Shown in pieces: positions 59,851-64,000 of a DNA stretch of 64,000 nt (position 1 is the stretch's first letter; every line of letters starts with the position of its first letter). Position numbers and translations under genes: made by a program. A model generated the notes under the pieces. That model was not told the origin of the DNA. It did no database searches and was given only the letters and a program-made list of their open reading frames with translations. This stretch comes from Botryllus schlosseri (taxonomy: Eukaryota), in NCBI GenBank assembly GCA_051294905.1, contig CM119371.1, positions 13,456,001-13,520,000 on the forward strand, read 5' to 3'.

Positions 59851-61050
59851 TCAATCGTCGAACGCGATATTCCTGAAGAGATGGCTCATGCTCTCGCCGT
59901 GGTGAATCCGGCGTATGGCTTCCGACAGCATAGAAGAGATGTCGACCGTGCTGATCTTGCTGCACTGCAGCTTTTGCAACTCGTGCGGCACCGTGTTAGT
60001 TACGACGACGCCATCGATAATGCTTTCTTCGAGGATTTCCGGTGCGTGCGATGATAACAACCCGTGTGTCGCCATGACGTAGACTTTGCAAGCGCCACGC
60101 TCTTTAAGCGCGTCTGCCGCCGCCACAAAAGTTTCCATGTCATCAATGATGTCATCAACGATAATAGCGATTTTACCGCGTACATTACCGACCACGTCAA
60201 TCGGAGGCTTCTCTTTTGCCGTCAACGGCGGTATGTACATTCCTACGTTGGTGGTGGATATGTTGCGGTTTCTAGAGGGGACATTGTCGGGAGGTCCTAC
60301 ATCTTCCACCTCATCTACGACTACATCGTCAGGCAATTCCAGAACGGGAGACCACGCCTGTCCTATATCTTTCCATTGCGAGTCGGGGTCGTTTTTAATA
60401 GCGAGGGGCGGCGAATTACGCCCGTCGGCTCGGTCGGAATCAGCCTCTTGAGGCTCTCCGTGGATTACAGCTATTCCGAGACGCAATCTCTCCGCGAAAG
60501 ATTGCGCTTTGCGTGCCGAAGCTGGTGTCTTTGCGACAATGACTGCGTTGCGGAAATCGGGAATATTTTCCAAAATGTGCTGAATCAAAAATGGAGACGC
60601 CCGCAAATTGTCGACGGGTATGTCGAAAAATCCTTGTATCTCGCGCTGGTGAAGGTCCATCGTGATAACATGGTCCAAACCGGACCTGCATAGCAACGTG
60701 GCGAGCAGTTTAGACACTACAGATCCTCGTTTCCTCATCTTGCACTGTTTCGAGTAAGGCAGGTAAGGTATGACTCCAATGATGCGATGCGCGCATGAAG
60801 TTTTGCAAGCATACGCAATGATCTGCAGCTCCATGATAGCGTCGTTGACATCCTTGCTGCCAGTTTGCAATATAAAGACGTCTTTACCTCGGACAGATTC
60901 CCCCACTTCCACTCTAGACTCGCGATTCGACCTTTGGTATACGGTGCAATTCCCCATACGTATGCCAAGGCGGCTCGCCACCGATCTGGCCAGGTCAGGG
61001 TGGGAATTCCCAGTGAACAAAAGCATCTCTCGGGCACAGTATGAATTCAT
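59851..61050 (-). CDS. PRPSAP: Phosphoribosyl pyrophosphate synthase-associated protein (PRPSAP1/2-like), 399 aa, single coding exon
   Basis: PRPS fold with PAP-specific features: [29 protein letters not shown]...KEKPP insertion, DDIIDD in place of catalytic DDMADT, C-terminal [14 protein letters not shown]. Confidence 0.93.
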   Translation of the reverse strand: MNSYCAREMLLFTGNSHPDLARSVASRLGIRMGNCTVYQRSNRESRVEVGESVRGKDVFILQTGSKDVNDAIMELQIIAYACKTSCAHRIIGVIPYLPYSKQCKMRKRGSVVSKLLATLLCRSGLDHVITMDLHQREIQGFFDIPVDNLRASPFLIQHILENIPDFRNAVIVAKTPASARKAQSFAERLRLGIAVIHGEPQEADSDRADGRNSPPLAIKNDPDSQWKDIGQAWSPVLELPDDVVVDEVEDVGPPDNVPSRNRNISTTNVGMYIPPLTAKEKPPIDVVGNVRGKIAIIVDDIIDDMETFVAAADALKERGACKVYVMATHGLLSSHAPEILEESIIDGVVVTNTVPHELQKLQCSKISTVDISSMLSEAIRRIHHGESMSHLFRNIAFDD

Positions 61051-62771
61051 GGTAAGTTTGTTTACTCGTAAGTTGTTAATTCATAGTTTGCTGAAACAAT
61101 GAAACACATAATAATAAAAGTGTGCCATCAAGCCCATCATCATTGCTTTGGTCATATAGGTTGACAGTAAATTTGGCATCAAAATGTAACCACTATTATA
61201 ATATTATGAAAGTGATTCATAAATATTGTAAGCCTACTAATACATTCGAAAATGAATCTTTCACTGAATACGGTATGAGCGCATATTGTTGCATATGGCA
61301 TTTGTTGAATTCGGCACCCACAGCACTTGACATATGATTGTATTTGCGGTTAGGGTTCAAGGTCAAGGATTAGGCCCCGCCAAGTGCCAAATCCACTGCA
61401 TGGTAATAGCCTAATAGGGTTACCATATTTCGAGATTCGGAACAGAGGACAATTTTCAAAAATCACAAAAGTTACGGTACAAAGTCGAACAAAGTAACGG
61501 GTACCGGTAATTGGAAAATGTTTACTTATATTTAAAATACTGACTAATAAAAAAGTCAAATTTTTCACGGTCTCTAATTCAGATTGTTACCGGTATGTCA
61601 TTCATACTTTGCCAAGTGGCTTGAGTTTCACTTTTGAATCTATGAATCTATGAATTTGAATCTATTCATTTCAGTTAACAGTTGCAAAACGGTTCGAATT
61701 CGACTGAAATATACCTGATATATTGCCGATGGACAGGTCATAAGGTTCCACCATGCACTTACACAATTGCGGATCACAATGCACTTCACCGCACCTGCGG
61801 CTGCAAATCATCCACTATAATTTTGCGATAGGAACACTTCACCTCGTATACTGGTCTGCAAGTCGAGCGGACAGCATGGTCGCAATTCCGATTCCTAAAA
61901 CACGACAGTCGCAAGTAACACCATGACACCATTTAACCAAACAAACGTTGCAATTGACAGACGTTTGCGACAATTCTTTCAACTCAATAAACCGCGCCAC
62001 AACGTGCGTACCTCTTGCTGCAAATGCGCATCAAACAAGTCACGTGTCGAGCTGTTCGCTGAGGCTTTGTGGATAGAAAGCGTTGACTACTCGCTTCGTC
62101 GCTCGAAGCGAAAGCCGTACTCGTGTGAGCAGACTGATCACACATTTATTTCCTATGGGAAATGATGATGAAACGCCGGTGGTAATAATGCGACGGCAAT
62201 ACCTTACATTCCGTAACTGAATGCAGACATCGATAAATTCTAGGATATTGCCAAACTGTAGCACAGCGGTTCTCAACCTTTTTGTCTTCGCGGACCCCTT
62301 TTGGACTGTCACGGACCCCCGCGGACCCTCCTACCCCCGTCCCAAGTTTTAGTTCAAATTTACCTCAATTATCGTGCAATCGACATCTGTCTTGTGCAAA
62401 GGATAATAGCTGTAGGCTAGTGATAAACAGCAACAAAATGACATTTCGTGAAAATAACATCATACTTTTTATGTAGAAATTGCGTTGACTTTCATTATTT
62501 CAAAGCAAATTCTGCAACTGCACTCCTTGAAAGTCGTGGTCGTGTCCTGAAAATCCGAACCTTCGATTTGATATGAACTAGTGCCGAAGATCCATTTCCA
62601 GTAATATAGGTGCACCATGGCGTAACGCGTTACGCTTCCAACGACACATTTGGGTATGATCGCAACTTCGCAACAAATATGGCACCAAAATTTGACTAAC
62701 AATTTTTTTAGTGAACATAGCGTCAAACCGCAAGCGCCAAGAGATGAAATGAGCGCCAAGTGGGGAAGTCA

Positions 62772-62875
62772 CGGATACCAGTGTTACTAATCAGGTCTTT
62801 GGTCTGACCCGGCCGGGGATCGAACCCACGCGGCCTACCGATCAAGAATGCGGACCCTTCGCCATAACGCTACGG
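62772..62875 (-). mobile_element. tRNA-derived SINE head (same family as 380-687)
   Basis: Shares GGATACCAGTGTTACTAATCAGGT...GATCGAACCCACG with 578-687. Confidence 0.7.
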
Positions 62876-63633
62876 CGGGAGCAATGGGCAGCTATTCTCA
62901 TTAATATATACCCAAGGACCAGCTCTTGGTTTCAAATGGGTTGTTGGAAATTGACATATAGTCTTCAGGGGTATTGATGAATATAAGTTGAGCTCACAAG
63001 GTGTTTTGAGTGAAAAAAAAGTATGGGAACCATCGGTGTACCATATTCCAAACTTAAGCATTTCCATGTACAAATGCAGTGTACTTTCGAGACTGCAATT
63101 TCACCACCTTACAGTCAAAAAACCAAAATTAAAAACCCATGGAAAATTGTCTTTGTAACCAGCTTTCATATGATACCCTACTCGCTTGAATATTTTTTAT
63201 AGGGTTTTGAACAATTAGCATTCTAAATTGTGTAACGCTTGACACTACACCGCATATAGCAGGGGTCGCCAACTCAAAACGGGTCGCGGGCCATTTTCCA
63301 AACTTCGTTGAGGCCGCGGGCCGCATGAATTCGATATCGATGTAAAATAGGCAACCACGTTCTAAAATTCTTCGTCAGCACAACGGTGAGCTATCTAACA
63401 TAGGCGATGGGCATTTTTGACCACAAAATAAATAATATTTCATTAAAGGAATACAAATACAACAAAAATCATTATCACCAATTATATTTTATTTTGAACT
63501 GTGAGCTGTGCAGTGTGCACGACACTTGGAAACGCTTTTCAGCAACTAAGGAATCGATATTGGGACTAGCGAGGTACGTTACGAGCTGAAAGACCATCTC
63601 CACGGAAAGCTTGATCTTGTGGGAATCCTAAGC

Positions 63634-63934
63634 CAGCGGTTCTCAAACTTTTTTTAGACACACACCCCTTTATGATACTGAAAAGTCGTCATATCACAAA
63701 ATGCAACCAGAATGTTAGCAATCCCAACGGCTCGTTTGATGGCATGGAAGGTTATGGCTGTTGATAACATAATTCTATAAGATGAATTCCAGACTATAAA
63801 CATAGCAATAAGTATGAAATAGAGGGAAATCGCGCGGAGCGCGAAAAAAATTCATTTGAGCGCATCTCCGCCTCCCCTTGAGATGGTTTCGCACCCCCAC
63901 AAGGGGCACGCGCTCCCCAGTTTGGGAACCACTG
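63634..63934 (+). mobile_element. ~300-bp hAT MITE family (also 7243-7544, 15815-16124, 47376-47604 -)
   Basis: TIR CAGYGGTTCTCAAAC and shared interior CCCCTTTATGATA...TCATATCACAAAAT. Confidence 0.7.
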
Positions 63935-64000
63935 CTCTAAAAGCCGTTTTCTATGCGTCTCGGTCTTGGCAGTGCTTGGGCCATTGCAAGTCGAGACGAT

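Noticed and set aside
60064..61102. Antisense and alternate-frame ORFs (209, 121, 110 aa) over PRPSAP
   Set aside because: Shadow ORFs of a GC-richer coding strand with non-ATG or weak starts and no recognisable motifs.

Overview
AT-rich, repeat-dense eukaryotic (animal; tunicate-like by inference only) genomic window. The right third holds three intact minus-strand genes in tandem: an intronless PRPP-synthase-associated protein (PRPSAP), an intronless ACBD6 and an 8-exon glutathione reductase (GSR, 473 aa, all splice phases reconstructed). The left ~34 kb holds a decayed multi-exon polycystin-1-like (PKD1L2/REJ-type) pseudogene on the minus strand, with C-type lectin, SUEL, GPS, TM1, PLAT and later TM remnants in the correct order. 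It is riddled with nested hAT, pogo and Kolobok-type MITEs, SINE heads and a ~72-bp satellite. The most striking signal is a set of six minimal type-I hammerhead ribozyme motifs from two sequence families. Both families share a palindromic stem III and a co-varying 6-bp pseudoknot. They sit in tiny TSD-flanked, partly inverted insertions, and one lies directly behind the C-terminus of a Penelope-like GIY-YIG ORF. All calls come from manual reading; no database search was run.
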